In this document: piece by piece, positions 61,769-64,000 of the stretch | How the letters are laid out: every line of letters begins with the position of its first letter | How positions within the stretch are numbered: position 1 is the first letter of the stretch | Assembly (NCBI RefSeq): GCF_006345805.1 | Contig: NC_043004.1 | Coordinates: 52,886,001-52,950,000 of the forward strand | Direction of reading: 5' to 3' | Length of the DNA: 64,000 nt | Source of the DNA: Octopus sinensis | Lineage: Eukaryota | Translations under genes and position numbers: made by a program | The notes under the pieces: generated by a model | What the model was told of the DNA's origin: nothing | Databases searched by the model: none | Seen by the model: the letters and a program-made list of their open reading frames with translations, nothing else

Positions 61769-61953
61769 ATATATATATATATATATATAAACGATGGGCT
61801 TCTTTGACTTCCGTCTACCAAATCCACTCACGAGACTTTGGTTGGCCTGTGGCTATATTGCAAGACACATGCCTTAGGTGCCACAGATTGGGATTGAACC
61901 TGGAACCATTTGGTTGAGAAGCAAGCTTCTTATTACACAGCTACACCTGCGCC
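61461..61953 (-). mobile_element. SINE family A, diverged, with expanded internal compound microsatellite
   Basis: Head at 61953 (GGCGCAGGTGTAGCTGTGT), tail at about 61461; internal CA/TATC/CT/TA tract at about 61615-61790. Confidence 0.85.
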
Positions 61954-63074
61954 ATATAAGCATCTATGCTACAAAGTCATAGTCACATGCGAATGACGGC
62001 TTTCTCTGTAAATTTGTACTTGATGCGTGTTTACCGGCATCGCGTACCTTGTTTGTTATACAATTTATGATATATTTACGTTCTATGTAAGTCCTAGTTA
62101 ATCTTATTTTCACCCAGGTCGAAACTGCATTTCCTAAGTTGTGGAATAGAAAAAATTGAAAGTATGACAAATGAATAAAACCCTGTAACCTCTTTCTGTC
62201 TCCAATAATATTCTGTCTAATCAGAAAATTTCCAGAGTCTTTCTGCGCATGAGGTATTTGAACGAAGTCAATAATTCTATACAGTTTGGCGCATCAACGA
62301 ACGGAAGTAGTGATAAGCCAGTTTGATTGACCCTAAACGCCTAATTGATTTGGCTCCATTCTTAAGACCACACATAATTTGTGCAACTTCTTTATGTCTT
62401 TGGAAATAATTACCATTGATTTTCTACATGATTGGCAATGGCACTGATTTTTACCAAAATATTGCAGATTTCTTTGGAAATTCTGTTTTATTTCTGTCTG
62501 TTAGTTTTATCGTGATTTACCAACATTTACCAATATATTATCATACACATACATCTATGTCTCTCTCTCTCTCTCTCTTTCTATCTAAGTCTATTTATCT
62601 CTTTTCTTCTCCTCCTCCTCTCCTCGCTTCTTTTTCATTTCTTCTTTTATCCTACTTTTTCTTCTTTTCTCCTCCATTTCTTCTTGTATGTTTTTCTCTA
62701 TGAGTGAATTTTATACTTCACTTCCATGTGTCACCCAGTTACTTTGTCTCATATATATACACACATATATATATATATATATATAACATTTCCAACATTC
62801 AAGAGAATCATAGTAAACCACCAAGGTCTGGTCGGTGATAACGTGATAACGTTGTCGTGTATTTAAGGCCAAATAGGTACTTGAGTACACTCACTGCACC
62901 TATTGTACCGCTGTCTATAGACTCTAGATTCAAACGAATTTCAGGTTCCGTTTTCTTTATATATATATATTTGTTCTGCAAAATTTTTTATGTGAAATCG
63001 TGTGTTGAAACAGATATTGTTGTATTTAGGAATGGTCATTTTGTCAGTTTACCCAATAAATGAAGACACATACA

Positions 63075-63532
<458 letters not shown>

Positions 63533-63535
<3 letters not shown>

Positions 63536-64000
63536 ATCCTAATTGTTAAACTATATCCGAAATACTTTTCATTACCCGCATGCAGTTCGTAAAAAGCCCG
63601 CCATTTACCGGATATATGATTTATAAACATTCCATGTGCTTGGCCGGAGTCGGCAGTTGTCTGTTCGTCTTCGCTACGTAAGGTTGGTAGTTTATTTATG
63701 ATGTGTTCAGAATCAGTTCTGCTGATGATCATAAGACGTAAGTTGAATGTGAAATCACGGTGATACAGAACTAAATTCATTTTTTAAATGTCTTGCTTTG
63801 AAAAACTGCATTTAGGTATGATTAGTATTATTTTGGTAGTAAGACTTTGTCCCTCTTAGTGTAGGCATTTATGTGTAATAATGCCCTCTATACAATATAG
63901 ATATAATTAATTTGTTCAAAAGGAAAAAAATTATTTTCGAATTCTTTTCTTTTATGAGGTTTTCACGCTAAACTATACCGATAATTTCTTGTTAGATCCC
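63533..64000 (+). mobile_element. Forward ~480-nt unit: Penelope pseudo-LTR or retrozyme-like monomer (runs off the window)
   Basis: Contains the hammerhead motif and is circularly permuted relative to 15392-15620. Across the unit junction there is a weak resemblance (DNFLLRSLIKRLSL) to the C-terminus of Penelope GIY-YIG ORFs. Confidence 0.6.
63716..63771 (+). ncRNA. Type I hammerhead ribozyme (predicted)
   Basis: Stem I GTTCTG/CAGAAC (7 bp including 63715/63772). Core CTGATGA 63722-63728. Stem II TCAT...ATGT, GAAA 63751-63754, stem III ATCAC-G-GTGAT. Cleavage triplet AUA, cutting after 63765. Confidence 0.75.

Overview
Repeat-saturated, AT-rich eukaryotic non-coding DNA. The SINE families and microsatellite load suggest an octopus or other coleoid cephalopod; this is inferred from repeat content, not verified. 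I could not support any intact host gene or exon. Almost every ORF in the track is a microsatellite translation or a broken transposon fragment. Recognisable content: three tRNA-derived SINE families (about 15 copies), three Helitron remnants, a full-length but dead mariner with TIRs, a Tc1/mariner fragment, a Penelope-like (RT plus GIY-YIG) fragment, several RLE-endonuclease LINE fragments, CR1 and RTE 3' ends, and a Gypsy-gag-derived foldback. The most notable structure is a ~480-nt repeat unit that occurs circularly permuted and inverted (15.4 kb and 63.2-64.0 kb) and carries a canonical-core type I hammerhead ribozyme fold, i.e. a Penelope pseudo-LTR or retrozyme candidate. Two further hammerhead-like motifs occur at 2.0 kb and 23.6/28.7 kb. 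There is also a ~1.8-kb near-identical inverted duplication around a pure (TATC)406 tract, which may be real or an assembly artefact, plus several long hairpins.
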